Shown one piece after another: positions 47,805 through 58,549 of a stretch of DNA of 64,000 nt. The DNA comes from Candidatus Omnitrophota bacterium (lineage in GTDB: Bacteria > Omnitrophota > Omnitrophia > Omnitrophales > Aquincolibacteriaceae). Position numbers and translations under genes: made by a program. The notes beneath the pieces are model-generated. The model was not told where the DNA came from. It made no database searches and worked only from the letters and a program-made list of their open reading frames with translations. The stretch spans positions 191,608 to 255,607 of the forward strand of contig JAYTHE010000002.1 of the NCBI GenBank assembly GCA_043732705.1. The letters run 5' to 3'. Position 1 is the first letter of the stretch, and each line of letters opens with the position of its first letter.

Positions 47805-48461
47805 ATGAAAGCATTTTCCTTTCTCTTTCTTTTTTGTTTAAGCATTGGCATGGCTTCCGCTGAGCCATCATCTGCCTTGAAACCCCAAGAAGAAGCTTGG
47901 GTTGAGACAGGCATGCAAGCCGTTCAAGCTAATCATTTGCAAGAAGCCTTAGCTGATTTTCGGCAAGCCAAAAAAATTAATCCAAATTTTGCACCCGCTT
48001 TTGTTGGGGAGGCGCAAGTTTTAACGCTGCAGAATGCTTGGGATGAGGCCTTGGCTGTTTTAAACCGCGCAATTCAGCTCGCCCCTCAGTTTGGTATTGC
48101 CTATCATAATCGCGGCGTTCTTCATTATTATAGAAAAGAATACCTTGATGCTCATGCTGATTTGAGAAAAGCAATTAATTTAGGGGAATCGGTAGACCAG
48201 GATTTGCTTTTTCAGGTTTGGGGCGCGGCGTTTCCCGGTGATGCCGTACAATTGATGACTGAACAAATTGCTAAAAATTCGCTGGACGGTGAATCTTACT
48301 TGAATCGCGGCATTGCTTACTTTTATCAAAATAATTATCAAAAAGCGCTCAACGACTGGAAGAAAGCCAAGGAACTAGGTGCGCCGCCGGATGCAGGCAT
48401 GTGGCAAGAATTGGAAAAGAAGATTCAAATGAACAAAGGCTTGAAGCATGCGGCCAACTAA
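47805..48461 (+). CDS. Secreted TPR repeat protein
   Basis: Signal peptide; repeated AY.NRG...A..D..KA..L. Confidence 0.85.
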   Translation: MKAFSFLFLFCLSIGMASAEPSSALKPQEEAWVETGMQAVQANHLQEALADFRQAKKINPNFAPAFVGEAQVLTLQNAWDEALAVLNRAIQLAPQFGIAYHNRGVLHYYRKEYLDAHADLRKAINLGESVDQDLLFQVWGAAFPGDAVQLMTEQIAKNSLDGESYLNRGIAYFYQNNYQKALNDWKKAKELGAPPDAGMWQELEKKIQMNKGLKHAAN

Positions 48462-48984
48462 ATCTAAAGGCCAATCCTTTTTTGTTTTTTTTGCGGCTGC
48501 TGTTTTTTTAATTTTATCTTTGTTTCCGGCATATGCCGCTCCTAAACCTAAAAAGCTGGTTTTAAAAGCCCGCCTTTTTAAAGTCGAAGCCTTTTCTCCC
48601 GAAACAGTCGTGGACGCGCTCGATGCTTCCTCGGCTCAAGGGGCTCTTCCCACGGCTTCAGTGTCCTTTCTGATTAAAGATGTTTTGCGCGGAGAATTGC
48701 CTCTGCAAAAACGGCAGGGGAATGCCGGCTCGGTGATAGGGCAGGCTCAAGACGCTGTGAAAGAAAAGAGTTTTTTAAAACTTGTTACGATGGACTTTGA
48801 AAACCCTGATGTGGAACATGAAGATCGTCCGCGTTGGTTTATTGTGGGCGTTCAAAGTCCTCTGGAGTCTTTTAAAATTTTATCCTGGAAAGATTTGCCC
48901 CCAGAGCCTTATCGTCTTGTCCTTTCAAAAGAAAATGATTCCGCGGGCTGGATATTGGAATCCTCGGAGAAAAGCTTCTCTTAA
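48448..48984 (+). CDS. Hypothetical secreted protein
   Basis: Signal peptide ending AYA; overlaps the TPR gene. Confidence 0.65.
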   Translation: MRPTKSKGQSFFVFFAAAVFLILSLFPAYAAPKPKKLVLKARLFKVEAFSPETVVDALDASSAQGALPTASVSFLIKDVLRGELPLQKRQGNAGSVIGQAQDAVKEKSFLKLVTMDFENPDVEHEDRPRWFIVGVQSPLESFKILSWKDLPPEPYRLVLSKENDSAGWILESSEKSFS

Positions 48985-48999
48985 TCCTCCGGTAAAGTA

Positions 49000-49053
49000 T
49001 TTACACGTACTTTACATGTTCATCACGCACCCTTGACGTGCTTTTTCTATCAT
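49000..49053 (+). promoter_or_regulatory. Pho-box-like 11-bp-periodic repeats with -10
   Basis: TTTACA (49000), TTTACA (49011), ATCACG (49022), TTGACG (49033), TATCAT (49048), upstream of porin-pstSCAB. Confidence 0.6.
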
Positions 49054-49109
49054 TCACCCGTTTGAATTTTGTTTGGGACTCTTTAATCTTGCAATGAAGG
49101 TGATGACAC

Positions 49110-50543
49110 ATGAAAAATAATCTCATTCTCCGCGCTTTAAGCCTCGTGATTGTCGCGGCTTTCAGCCTTACCGCAACCGTATTCGCGCAGGATGCGAATC
49201 TCAACAAGCTCGTTGAACAAATGCAGCAGCAAATGTCTCAAATGCAGCAAACGATTAATTCGCAAAATGCGAAAATTGCTTCGATTGAAGGTCAAACGGG
49301 CGGCAAAAATATCGGCAAGCCGGTTGACCCGCAAGTCGAAGAGCAAAAAATCAAGACCATGTTTGAAAAACAGCTTGGTAAAGAGTATGCAACTTTCAAA
49401 GATTTAAAGTTTGCAGGCGATCTTCGTTTGCGTTATGAAGCTTTCCATAACACCAACAACAGCACGACGGCAGTAAATTTGAATGATCGGAATCGTTTCC
49501 GTTATCGTTTGCGCATGGGCCTTGAGAAAAAATTTAGCGATGAAATCATGGCGGGGTTTTCACTTGCTTCTGGTTCAACAACGGATGCGACGTCAACAAA
49601 CTCAACTCTCACGGGTAATTTTAACTTTGACAGCATCTTGATTGAACGCGTCTGGGCAACGTATACGCCGAATTGGACCAATGTCGGACCGATTTCTAAA
49701 ACCGAAGTTACAGCAGGTAAATTTAAAAATCCTTTCGAAACGGGCTCGTCCGATATGATTTGGGACCGTGACGTTCGCCCCGAAGGTATTTATGAAAAGG
49801 CAGACTTTCGTTTGGTTGACGGCGAAGAGTTTAAGTTGGGTGGTTATGCGACAGCAGGTCAGTTTGTCCTCAATGAAACGGGTACGGCAATTAGCGCTGG
49901 AACAACGGATGCTAATTTGTTTGCGTATCAAATTGGTTTGAATCCGAAGTTTAAAGTTCCTGGAATGGAAAAGCCTGTGAGCTGGCTTTCTGCAGCATCG
50001 ATGTATGACTTTAGCCAATTTGCGGAAAATAGTAACTTTACATCTGGCGGTGTAACAACACGCAATCCGAATATTGCCGGTTCCGCAACACAGCTTGATG
50101 CTGCCGACTTTATGATCTTTGAGTGGTATAACGAATTTAAGTTTCAGCCGATTGCATCACTTCCGATTATGCGTACATCTTTTGATTGGGCGCGTAATGC
50201 AAATGAAAAAGCGCCTGAGTCTTCATACGGTAATTTCAATGACGCGTGGGCGGTTGGTTTTACTCTCGGTGAAGCGAAGACAAAAGGTCAATGGGAAGCT
50301 GGTTATACCTACAAATATATTGCCCCGAACTCCGTAGTGGGACAATTTGCGGACAGTGACTTTGGTGACGGATACTCCGATAAGCAGGGAAGTCAGATTA
50401 AAGCGAAGTATATGCTCACGGATTACCTCGAGCTTGGCGGGACAGCTTTCTATGTAAGAAATGTCTCGAACTTGGCGGCATTGGGAAGCAGCCCCGAATA
50501 TCTTACGCAGCGTTATCAGCTTGATCTTGTTTGGAAGTGGTAA
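49110..50543 (+). CDS. Putative outer-membrane porin (phosphate-regulon associated)
   Basis: Signal peptide, coiled coil, GDLRLRYE, R.RYRLR, C-terminal YQLDLVWKW. Confidence 0.8.
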   Translation: MKNNLILRALSLVIVAAFSLTATVFAQDANLNKLVEQMQQQMSQMQQTINSQNAKIASIEGQTGGKNIGKPVDPQVEEQKIKTMFEKQLGKEYATFKDLKFAGDLRLRYEAFHNTNNSTTAVNLNDRNRFRYRLRMGLEKKFSDEIMAGFSLASGSTTDATSTNSTLTGNFNFDSILIERVWATYTPNWTNVGPISKTEVTAGKFKNPFETGSSDMIWDRDVRPEGIYEKADFRLVDGEEFKLGGYATAGQFVLNETGTAISAGTTDANLFAYQIGLNPKFKVPGMEKPVSWLSAASMYDFSQFAENSNFTSGGVTTRNPNIAGSATQLDAADFMIFEWYNEFKFQPIASLPIMRTSFDWARNANEKAPESSYGNFNDAWAVGFTLGEAKTKGQWEAGYTYKYIAPNSVVGQFADSDFGDGYSDKQGSQIKAKYMLTDYLELGGTAFYVRNVSNLAALGSSPEYLTQRYQLDLVWKW

Positions 50544-50748
50544 CAGTCGTGTTTTTACCGTTGAGTTTTACTCAGCAGGCGAAGAGTAGCAGTCCAAACA
50601 CCGTTCCGCTGCTTCACTTGGGTGGCGGGGCGGAATGGGCGACTTTACTTAGAATTTACAAATCGACTTTGAAGGTTTCTTTAAGATAAGCGTCCTAGCC
50701 ATGATAAATAAAAGTTTCTGGTTTCTCAAAAAAACGAAGGAAGAAAAT

Positions 50749-51735
50749 ATGAAAAATAAAACACAGTTTCTGGCCACGGTGATGGCCTTTTTTGCGATGA
50801 GTGTTTCCGCTGCTTATGCCGCAGGCACAATTGCTGTCGATGGGTCCAGCACGGTTTATCCGATCACGGAAGCGGTTGCTGAAGAGTTTCAGAAGCAGGG
50901 TGACGGTTCCATGGTAACCGTCGGCATTGCTGGAACAGGCGGAGGTTTTAAGCGTTTTTGCAAAGGTGAAACCGATATCTCGGATGCGTCTCGTCCTATT
51001 AAGACCAAAGAAATTGATCAATGTTTTGATGCCGGCATTGAATATGTTGAGCTTCCGATTGCCTTTGACGGGTTGGCTGTCGTTGTGAACCCCAAAAATG
51101 ATTGGGCAGCAACTTTGACAACCGCCGAACTCAAGAAAATGTGGTCGCCGGAAGCTCAGGGCAAGATCACAAATTGGAAACAAATTCGCGCGGGTTTTCC
51201 TGATAAGCCGTTGAAGTTAGCCGGCCCCGGAACAGATTCAGGGACTTTTGATTATTTTACCGAAGCGATTAATGGCAAACAAAGCGCGAGTCGCGGGGAC
51301 TATATTGCCAGTGAAGACGATAATGTTCTCGTTCAAGCCGTCTCGGGCGATACCGGGGCTTTAGGATACTTTGGTATGTCTTATTTAGAAGAAAATAAAG
51401 ACAAACTTAAAGCTGTTGGTGTGGATGGCGGCAATGGTGCCGTGCTTCCTTCAGCGGAAACGGTTATTGCCGGAACGTACCAGCCGCTTTCACGGCCGCT
51501 TTTTATTTATGTGAATAAAAAATCTTTGTCGAAGCCCGAAGTTCAAGCTTTTGTGGAATATTACATCCAGAATGCGGCAAAACTTGTAAAGGAAGTGGGT
51601 TATGTTCCGCTGCCGCAAGAAGCTTATAATTACTCGGTGAATAAGCTGAAGAGCCAGAAAATCGGCTCGCTTTTTAAGGGCAAAGGTGCGGTCGGGTTTA
51701 AAATTTCTGATTTAATTGCGAAAGAAAAAAAGTAA
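50749..51735 (+). CDS. pstS: Phosphate ABC transporter binding protein
   Basis: [40 protein letters not shown]. Confidence 0.95.
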   Translation: MKNKTQFLATVMAFFAMSVSAAYAAGTIAVDGSSTVYPITEAVAEEFQKQGDGSMVTVGIAGTGGGFKRFCKGETDISDASRPIKTKEIDQCFDAGIEYVELPIAFDGLAVVVNPKNDWAATLTTAELKKMWSPEAQGKITNWKQIRAGFPDKPLKLAGPGTDSGTFDYFTEAINGKQSASRGDYIASEDDNVLVQAVSGDTGALGYFGMSYLEENKDKLKAVGVDGGNGAVLPSAETVIAGTYQPLSRPLFIYVNKKSLSKPEVQAFVEYYIQNAAKLVKEVGYVPLPQEAYNYSVNKLKSQKIGSLFKGKGAVGFKISDLIAKEKK

Positions 51736-51766
51736 TTGATTTTTGGGTAGGGAACCCCTAATCTCC

Positions 51767-51845
51767 GAGGACTTCCGGCAAACAGTTGCGCGTCAAGCGC
51801 AGAATAAACTATAACTGTTAGCCGGAAGTCCTCACTCTTTTTTCT
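51767..51845 (+). terminator. Long hairpin with U-rich tail between pstS and pstC (attenuator or mRNA stabiliser)
   Basis: GAGGACTTCCGGC..AACAGTTG / TAACTGTT.GCCGGAAGTCCTC followed by ACTCTTTTTT. Confidence 0.65.
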
Positions 51846-51896
51846 AGCTCTGAGCAAAAGTTCAATCGTATTTTTTGAGGATCGAGAGCAGTATTT

Positions 51897-52790
51897 ATGA
51901 AAAAATTGATTTCAAGAAGCCGGCAAGAAAAAAATATTCAATACATACTTTTATTTTGCGCGTGCGTGTCTGTTCTTACCACGCTTGGAATTATTTTCGT
52001 ACTGTCCTATGAAACTTTTGAATTTTTCAGAGAAGTTTCTTTTTTTCAATTTATAACCGACCAGCAGTGGACGCCGCTTTTTTCCGATAAGCATTTCGGT
52101 ATTTTACCGCTTCTTTGCGGAACTTTTTTAACCTCAGCTATTGCGCTTGTTGTGGCGGCCCCGCTTGGAATTATCATTGCGGTTTATTTAAGTGAATACG
52201 CATCGCCGCGCTTTCGAAGAGTGATTAAGCCAATTCTTGAGGTTCTTGCCGGTGTCCCGACTGTTATTTATGGTTATTTCGCGCTGCTTTTTGTGACGCC
52301 TCTTTTACAAAAAGTGATTCCAAGCTTGCCTGGGTTCAACGCGCTTTCACCGGGACTTGTGATGGGTATTATGATTTTGCCGCTTATTTCGTCTCTCTCT
52401 GAAGATGCAATGTATGCCGTGCCGCAAAGCTTGCGCAATGCCGCGTACGCTTTGGGCTCATCCAAGCTGCAGGTATCTTTTAAGGTCGTGATACCATCGG
52501 CATTCTCCGGTATCACCGCCTCATTTATTTTGGCGATTTCACGTGCAATCGGCGAAACCATGCTTGTCGCGATTGCCGCAGGACAAATGGCAAATGTGAC
52601 GCTTAATCCGCTCCAACCCGTGATGACGATGACAGCTTTTATTGTTGAGGTGAGCTTGGGAGATGTTCCAAGCGGAACATTGGAGTACCGGACTATTTTC
52701 GCGGTGGGCACCATGTTGTTCTTGCTGACTTTTGGTTTAAATATAATCGGGCATAAGCTTCGCCGGCGTTTTCGTGAGGTATACGCATGA
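51897..52790 (+). CDS. pstC: Phosphate ABC transporter permease
   Basis: [32 protein letters not shown]. Confidence 0.95.
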   Translation: MKKLISRSRQEKNIQYILLFCACVSVLTTLGIIFVLSYETFEFFREVSFFQFITDQQWTPLFSDKHFGILPLLCGTFLTSAIALVVAAPLGIIIAVYLSEYASPRFRRVIKPILEVLAGVPTVIYGYFALLFVTPLLQKVIPSLPGFNALSPGLVMGIMILPLISSLSEDAMYAVPQSLRNAAYALGSSKLQVSFKVVIPSAFSGITASFILAISRAIGETMLVAIAAGQMANVTLNPLQPVMTMTAFIVEVSLGDVPSGTLEYRTIFAVGTMLFLLTFGLNIIGHKLRRRFREVYA

Positions 52791-53677
52791 TTCACGGTAG
52801 TATTCCGATTGAGCGGGTGATTGCGTCGCAAAAACGGAACGAAATTATTTTTAAAATGATCGCGTGGTTTGCGATGGCGGTAGCCTTTCTGACTTTGGGA
52901 TTACTTTTATATGACGCACTTTCTGATGGTTTAAGACGCTTGGACTGGCAATTTCTTACGAGCTTTCCATCGCGTAAGCCGGAACGGGCCGGAATTTACG
53001 CGTCCTTGTTCGGAAGTATTTTTGTTGTTTCATTGACCATTGCTTTGGCCATTCCTCTGGGAGTCGCGGCGGCGGTTTATCTTGAAGAGTACGCTTCTAA
53101 AAACCGGTTTAGCCGGATGATTGAAATTAATATTACCAATCTTGCCGGCGTGCCTTCGATTATTTATGGAATTTTGGGCCTCGAGCTTTTTGTAAGGGCC
53201 ATCAAGCTGAATCGCAGTGTGATGGCAGGCGCGATGACATTGGCGCTTTTAGTGCTTCCAACGATTATTATTTCCGCGCGCGAAGCGATTAGAACCGTGC
53301 CGAACTCCATTAAAGAAGCGGCGTATGCTCTTGGAGCGACAAAGTGGCGCACAACAAAAGATCATGTGCTGCCTTTAGCTTTTCCAGGAATCTTAACGGG
53401 CGTGATTCTCGCGGTTTCGCGCGCAATTGGAGAAACCGCGCCGCTGATTATGCTTGGTGCTTTAACTTATGTCGCTTTTTTGCCAAAAAGTATTCTTTCG
53501 CCTTTTACTGTTTTACCGATCCAGATTTTTAATTGGGTTTCACGCCCGCAAAAAGGGTTTCATGATTGTGCAGCGGCAGGGATTGTAATGTTATTATTTG
53601 TCACGCTTGTGCTTAATGCCCTGGCGATTTTATTGCGTAATTATTTTCAACGAAAGTTTTCAGTGAGATCTTTATGA
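52787..53677 (+). CDS. pstA: Phosphate ABC transporter permease
   Basis: [34 protein letters not shown]. Confidence 0.95.
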   Translation: MIHGSIPIERVIASQKRNEIIFKMIAWFAMAVAFLTLGLLLYDALSDGLRRLDWQFLTSFPSRKPERAGIYASLFGSIFVVSLTIALAIPLGVAAAVYLEEYASKNRFSRMIEINITNLAGVPSIIYGILGLELFVRAIKLNRSVMAGAMTLALLVLPTIIISAREAIRTVPNSIKEAAYALGATKWRTTKDHVLPLAFPGILTGVILAVSRAIGETAPLIMLGALTYVAFLPKSILSPFTVLPIQIFNWVSRPQKGFHDCAAAGIVMLLFVTLVLNALAILLRNYFQRKFSVRSL

Positions 53678-54450
53678 CAAATTCCCCAAATTTAGACGAC
53701 ATGGTTTTGCAGGTTAAAAATTTAAATGCCTGGTATGACAAGTTTCATGCTTTAAAAGACATCAACATGGGTATCCGGAAAAATGTTGTGACCGCGATGA
53801 TCGGGCCGTCCGGCTGCGGCAAATCAACTTTGATCCGCTGTTTTAACCGTATGAATGATTTCGTTTCGACCTTTCGCCAAACCGGACAAATTTTGTTTGA
53901 TGGGCAGGACTTAAGCGATAAAACCATTGATCCGGTTGAAGTTCGAATTAAAGTCGGAATGGTTTTTCAAAAGCAAAACCCTTTCCCAAAATCGATTTAT
54001 GACAATGTCACTTATGGTCCGCGTATTATGGGCGTGAAACAAAAAAGCCGCTTGGATTCAGTGGTCGAGGAGAGTTTGAAAAAAGCCGCACTTTGGGATG
54101 AGGTGAAACATAAACTGAAAACCAGCGCGCTTTCGCTTTCCGGAGGACAGCAGCAACGCCTTTGTATCGCGCGCGCGCTTGCGATGGAACCGGAGGTGCT
54201 TCTGCTGGATGAGCCCTGTTCCGCGCTGGATCCGATTGCCACGGCAAAAATTGAAGAATTGATTATTGAGTTGAAAAAAAATTACACGATTTTGATCGTC
54301 ACGCACAACATGCAGCAAGCCGCCCGCGTTAGTGACTACACGGCCTATCTTTATCTGGGGCAATTGATTGAATATGATGAAACGACCAAGATTTTTACGG
54401 CGCCGGATAAGAAAGAAACAGAAGACTACATCACCGGTCGCATGGGGTAG
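53674..54450 (+). CDS. pstB: Phosphate ABC transporter ATPase
   Basis: [46 protein letters not shown]. Confidence 0.97.
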   Translation: MTNSPNLDDMVLQVKNLNAWYDKFHALKDINMGIRKNVVTAMIGPSGCGKSTLIRCFNRMNDFVSTFRQTGQILFDGQDLSDKTIDPVEVRIKVGMVFQKQNPFPKSIYDNVTYGPRIMGVKQKSRLDSVVEESLKKAALWDEVKHKLKTSALSLSGGQQQRLCIARALAMEPEVLLLDEPCSALDPIATAKIEELIIELKKNYTILIVTHNMQQAARVSDYTAYLYLGQLIEYDETTKIFTAPDKKETEDYITGRMG

Positions 54451-54570
54451 GTTCGCTGAAAAGCCATCATCTGCGTCGTTGCAAGCTCACAACTTTCGTC
54501 AACGTATTTCTCCATACGCCTCCTCAGTTTTTTCGCTTGCGCCTAGCATCTGAAGACTTTTGAGCGAACC
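54450..54570. mobile_element. Palindromic MITE-like element (copy 3)
   Basis: Terminal IRs GGTTCGCTGAAAAG / CTTTTGAGCGAACC starting at the pstB TAG; the minus strand carries the same loop motifs as copies 1 and 2. Confidence 0.65.
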
Positions 54571-54685
54571 ACTAACTTAGATGATTTTCATGTGGAGTCA
54601 TTCGATCGTTCCTTGTATCCGGAGCTTTTTGTTCGGTTTGCGATTTCAATCTGCTGCCCCGCAGCTCCTCTGCTATAATTCTTTT

Positions 54686-55171
54686 ATGACAGATATTGAA
54701 TCCGCACTTACTCCGGGGCCGAAAAAAAATCCATGGATTGCTTTCTTTTTGACACTTCTTTTTCCAGGGCTCGGGCATTTTTATGTCGGCAATAAATTTT
54801 CGGCGCTAGCGTATGTGATTATTACGACCGGGATTTATATCAGTTATTTTTCCGCACATTCTTTTTTAGCCCGGACTGCGGTTCTTTTTATCGTGCCTTT
54901 TTTTGTTTTCCCCGCGGCACGCGATGCTGTTGCTGTAGCCAGAGGAAAGAAACGTTCCGTAACGGGCGAAGAGTCGCGGATTTATGTCGTTTGGATGCTT
55001 TGCTGCGTAGGGCCGTTCGCGATTCCGCTTTTATGGCAGAATAAAAAGTTCTCCCTGCCCGTCAAAATCGTGTGGACGGTTGTTGTTGTTGCGATTGTCG
55101 CCATGTTTCTCTCCGCGATCGCGGTATTAGGAAAAAGTTATGATCAAATTGCTCAAGCGATCAATATGTGA
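54686..55171 (+). CDS. Hypothetical membrane protein (TM2-like N-terminal motif)
   Basis: KNPWIAFFLTLLFPGLGHFYVG; GPFAIPLLW; TGCTATAAT 6 nt before ATG. Confidence 0.7.
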   Translation: MTDIESALTPGPKKNPWIAFFLTLLFPGLGHFYVGNKFSALAYVIITTGIYISYFSAHSFLARTAVLFIVPFFVFPAARDAVAVARGKKRSVTGEESRIYVVWMLCCVGPFAIPLLWQNKKFSLPVKIVWTVVVVAIVAMFLSAIAVLGKSYDQIAQAINM

Positions 55172-55625
55172 TCCAGCTGTAAGCCGTAAACTGTGGTTTT
55201 TCACGGGCGCGTTATTTTTTGTCTTTGGCTTAAATGCGTATGCTGCCGGAGCCGGATCGGTTTGTTTTAAAGAGACTTGCTTTCATCCCGAGATCGCACG
55301 CACCCAAGCTGAGAAACAGCATGGGCTGATGGGGCGGACGGCTTTGGCTGCGGACGAAGGCATGCTTTTTGTTTATGAGAAGGAGGTTGTTCCCGTATTT
55401 TGGATGAAAAATATGCGGATACCTCTCGATTTTGTTTGGTTAGATCGTCAAGGAAAGACAGTTGATCTTCATGAAGCGGTTTCGGCTTGCGGGCCGGGAG
55501 ATTGTCCGACGATTGCGAGTCGCAGCCCAGTTCAATATGTTTTGGAAGTTTCTGCGGGCGCAATTCAAAAAAGCGGAATTAAAATAGGCGACCCCGCCGC
55601 GATTAAATTGGGAGCAACAAATTGA
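55140..55625 (+). CDS. DUF192 family protein
   Basis: EIA.T....GLM.R...GMLF, FWMKNM.IPLD, YVLEV. Confidence 0.9.
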   Translation: MIKLLKRSICDPAVSRKLWFFTGALFFVFGLNAYAAGAGSVCFKETCFHPEIARTQAEKQHGLMGRTALAADEGMLFVYEKEVVPVFWMKNMRIPLDFVWLDRQGKTVDLHEAVSACGPGDCPTIASRSPVQYVLEVSAGAIQKSGIKIGDPAAIKLGATN

Positions 55626-56311
55626 AGACAAGAGATTTTAAGCCGCTTTTAATGGCAATCGTTTTTGCTTTGTTTTGTCTCGGGTCTCCGGTCTCGGGTC
55701 TCCGGTCTGCTTGGGCGGACGATTGGCTTGACGGTGCGAATGGTTACGCGCGCGGAAGCGAGCAGGCAAAATTAAGCGGCAAGCCGATGATGGTTTATTT
55801 TTATACGGATTGGTGCCCGTACTGCCGCAAGTTTGAAAAACACACGCTCTCGAACCCCGATGTTCAAAAAGCATTGTCTGCTTTCATAAAAGTCCGCATT
55901 AATCCGGAAAAAGGAACGCGCGAAAATCAACTGGGCGACCAATATCGAATCGAAGGCTTCCCGTCGGTTTATTTTGAAAATCCGGCCTCCGGTCAGGCGA
56001 CGCAGGAAATGACACGTGCCTTAAAAAGCGCGAAAGACTTTATTAACGCGGCGAATGAGTTTTCAAAAGTCACGCATCCTGCGAAGCTTGAAAAGGCCGC
56101 GGCTCCGGCAGCTGCGGTTGTGCCCGTCCAGCCCGCATCTGTTCTTCCGGCGGTGACCAACGAACAAACGCTTTACTTAAAAAGCGGCCGTACAATTGAC
56201 GGTAAAGTTGTTTCCGAGGACAGCAAGGGGATTACCTTTGCTACTTCGGAGCTGGGCAAGGTTTATTTTTCGCGCGGTGAAATTTTAAAAATTGAAAAAG
56301 AAAAACAATGA
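55622..56311 (+). CDS. Exported thioredoxin-family protein
   Basis: Signal peptide, FYTDWCPYC, GFP cis-Pro loop; small C-terminal beta domain. Confidence 0.85.
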   Translation: MKTRDFKPLLMAIVFALFCLGSPVSGLRSAWADDWLDGANGYARGSEQAKLSGKPMMVYFYTDWCPYCRKFEKHTLSNPDVQKALSAFIKVRINPEKGTRENQLGDQYRIEGFPSVYFENPASGQATQEMTRALKSAKDFINAANEFSKVTHPAKLEKAAAPAAAVVPVQPASVLPAVTNEQTLYLKSGRTIDGKVVSEDSKGITFATSELGKVYFSRGEILKIEKEKQ

Positions 56312-57087
56312 AGTCGGTATTAAGTATTGCAGGGTCTGACCCTTCCGGCGGCGCGGGAATTCAGGCGGACCTTAAAACTTTCCAGCATTTCGGTGTTTAT
56401 GGCATGGCGGCTGTGGCGTTGATTACCGTTCAAAACACTTTAGGGATTAAAGAAGTGCTTGTGATTCACCCCGACAAAATCAAAGCTCAAATTCTGACCG
56501 TGCTTGAAGACATTCGCCCGGACGCGGTTAAATTAGGTGCCCTCGGCCATGGTCCCGCGGTTTTAGCGGTGGCAGAGGCATTGCAAGGGTATGCCGGCCC
56601 GATTATTGCGGATCCCGTGATGCTTTCAAAAAATGGCGCACCGCTTTTAATGAAAGAAGCGGTTGCGATTTATAAGCAGAAAATTCTCCCCCTGAGTTTT
56701 CTTATCACGCCTAATTTGAGTGAGGCGGCAATTTTGGCGGGGCAGGTTGTGTTGACGGTCGATGACATGAAACTTGCGGCTCAAAAAATTCACACGCTTG
56801 GCGCTAAAAATGTTTTGGTGAAGGGGGGGCATCTCGAAGGCGATGAAGCGATAGATATTCTTTTTGACGGGAAAAATTTTGAAGTGTTTAGCGCCGAAAA
56901 AATTGTGTCTGCGCATACGCATGGGATCGGCTGCACACTTGCTTCGGCGATTGTTTCACGGCTTGTGCTAGGTGATGTTATTTATCAGGCCGTTGATCAA
57001 GCCAAGCAATTTGTTTCTGCCGCGATTCAAAGCGCCCCGCGGCTTGGCCAAGGGAATGGCCCAATCAATCACTTCGCAAGCACATGA
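56308..57087 (+). CDS. thiD: Hydroxymethylpyrimidine/phosphomethylpyrimidine kinase
   Basis: IAGSDPSGGAGIQADLKT, DPVM, TPN, KGGH, THGIGC. Confidence 0.95.
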   Translation: MKSVLSIAGSDPSGGAGIQADLKTFQHFGVYGMAAVALITVQNTLGIKEVLVIHPDKIKAQILTVLEDIRPDAVKLGALGHGPAVLAVAEALQGYAGPIIADPVMLSKNGAPLLMKEAVAIYKQKILPLSFLITPNLSEAAILAGQVVLTVDDMKLAAQKIHTLGAKNVLVKGGHLEGDEAIDILFDGKNFEVFSAEKIVSAHTHGIGCTLASAIVSRLVLGDVIYQAVDQAKQFVSAAIQSAPRLGQGNGPINHFAST

Positions 57088-57120
57088 CAGCGTACCATTT
57101 ACACGTTATAATTCCGCCCT

Positions 57121-57396
57121 ATGTTTGAAAAAATCGCGCTTATCGCATCCGTCACGCTACCGCTTTGGAATATTCCGCTGATTGTGCGGGTTATACGCAG
57201 GCAATGCTCGGATGACATTAGTCTGGCGTGGGCGCTGGGGGTTTGGTTCTCTTTTCTTGCGATGGCACCGCAGGCTTTCGTGTCAAAAGATGTGGTTTGG
57301 CGCACATTCAACATTGTTAATGCGGTTATGTTTTCCGCGGTTGTTTTTACGGTTTTGTTTTATCGTTTTAAAGGAAGTAAAAAAGGAAAATGCTGA
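57121..57396 (+). CDS. PQ-loop/SemiSWEET-like small membrane protein
   Basis: Three TMs; IPLIVRVIRRQCSDDISL. Confidence 0.65.
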   Translation: MFEKIALIASVTLPLWNIPLIVRVIRRQCSDDISLAWALGVWFSFLAMAPQAFVSKDVVWRTFNIVNAVMFSAVVFTVLFYRFKGSKKGKC

Positions 57397-58010
57397 ATAT
57401 GTCTTCAGAAAACAAAAACATTCTTTGCTGTCTTGATTTGGAAGGCGTTTTAATCCCTGAAATGTGGATCAGTGTCGCCAAGAAAACACGGATTAAAGCG
57501 CTTGAAATCACAACCCGCGAAGAACCCGATTACGATAAGCTGATGCGCTTCCGTTTAGGCGTGATGAAGAAACATGGAATCAAGCTCGCCGCTGTTCAAA
57601 AAGTAATCGCTCAAATGCGCCCGCTGCCCGGCGCCAAAACTTTTCTCGATAAACTGCGTTCAAAGTATCAGGTGATTATTCTTTCGGATACTTTTTTTGA
57701 ATTTGCCCAGCCCCTCATGAAGCAGCTTGGCTGGCCGGTGATTTTTTGTCATACACTTTCCGTGGATTCAAAAGGTTTTATTTCCGCATATCATTTGCGT
57801 CAAAAAGATCAAAAATGCAAAGCCGTTAAAGCTTTGCAGAATTTGAATTTTTATGTCCAGGCGGCGGGTGATTCTTACAATGATTTGACTATGCTGACTT
57901 CTGCGGACAAAGGTGTTTTATTCCGGACGACTGATAAAATTAAAAAAGAATATCCCAAACTTCCCGCGGTTGAGACCTACGCACAGCTTCTCAAGCAGTT
58001 TAACGCGTAA
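57390..58010 (+). CDS. thrH: Phosphoserine phosphatase/homoserine phosphotransferase
   Basis: CLDLEGVLIPEMW, TTR..PDYD.LM, ILSDTF, GDSYND. Confidence 0.93.
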   Translation: MLNMSSENKNILCCLDLEGVLIPEMWISVAKKTRIKALEITTREEPDYDKLMRFRLGVMKKHGIKLAAVQKVIAQMRPLPGAKTFLDKLRSKYQVIILSDTFFEFAQPLMKQLGWPVIFCHTLSVDSKGFISAYHLRQKDQKCKAVKALQNLNFYVQAAGDSYNDLTMLTSADKGVLFRTTDKIKKEYPKLPAVETYAQLLKQFNA

Positions 58011-58031
58011 GTTAAAGCAATTATTGGTTTG

Positions 58032-58112
58032 CGATCATAAAAAGAATTGGATCGGGCTCAAACAACCAGTGCTTCGCCTGGAACTCGCCCGACCCAACTT
58101 TTTTTATAATCG
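58032..58112 (-). repeat. Long hairpin with GCGAGTT/TGTTTGAGC internal-loop motif (copy A)
   Basis: 26-bp arms; G-U pairs favour the minus strand. Confidence 0.6.
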
Positions 58113-58471
58113 ATCTTCGCTAATGTAGGGTGAGGCAAGAATCGGAGAAACAAGGTTTCGGATTCCAAGGCGATTGAAATGCAGCCTTGGGTTTTTCTGC
58201 ATTATCCCTCAAGGCAAATAAAGTCGTTTCCCGTCATGTCTTTTTCCATTTCGGAGAATCCGAAACGGAAAAACGAATTATTGCAATTCCATTTTTTTAT
58301 AAAAATCGATTTTCTTGGTGCGGCTTGCAGAACCAAGAAAAAATGTGATGGAAACTAGTTTGCAGAGATTGAGGAAGGGAGTGGTAAATACTAATTAAAG
58401 CGTCTTCGATGGATTGATATTTACCGCTTTGTTTCTCCGCTTATTGCCCACCACCTCTTCGACGTGAAGGG

Positions 58472-58549
58472 CATGAAAAAGTAAATTGAAATGCGAGTTC
58501 CACAGCCGAAGGCGAGGACTGTTTGAGCAGGTCAATTTACTTTTATATG
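58472..58549 (+). repeat. Long hairpin with GCGAGTT/TGTTTGAGC internal-loop motif (copy B)
   Basis: AAAAGTAAATTGA/TCAATTTACTTTT arms around GCGAGTTCCA...TGTTTGAGC. Confidence 0.6.

Noticed and set aside
50695-54363. Long antisense ORFs over pstS, pstC and pstB, and similar ones over hemB, btuB and the cyclophilin
   Set aside because: Shadow frames of conserved genes with no independent motifs or start signals
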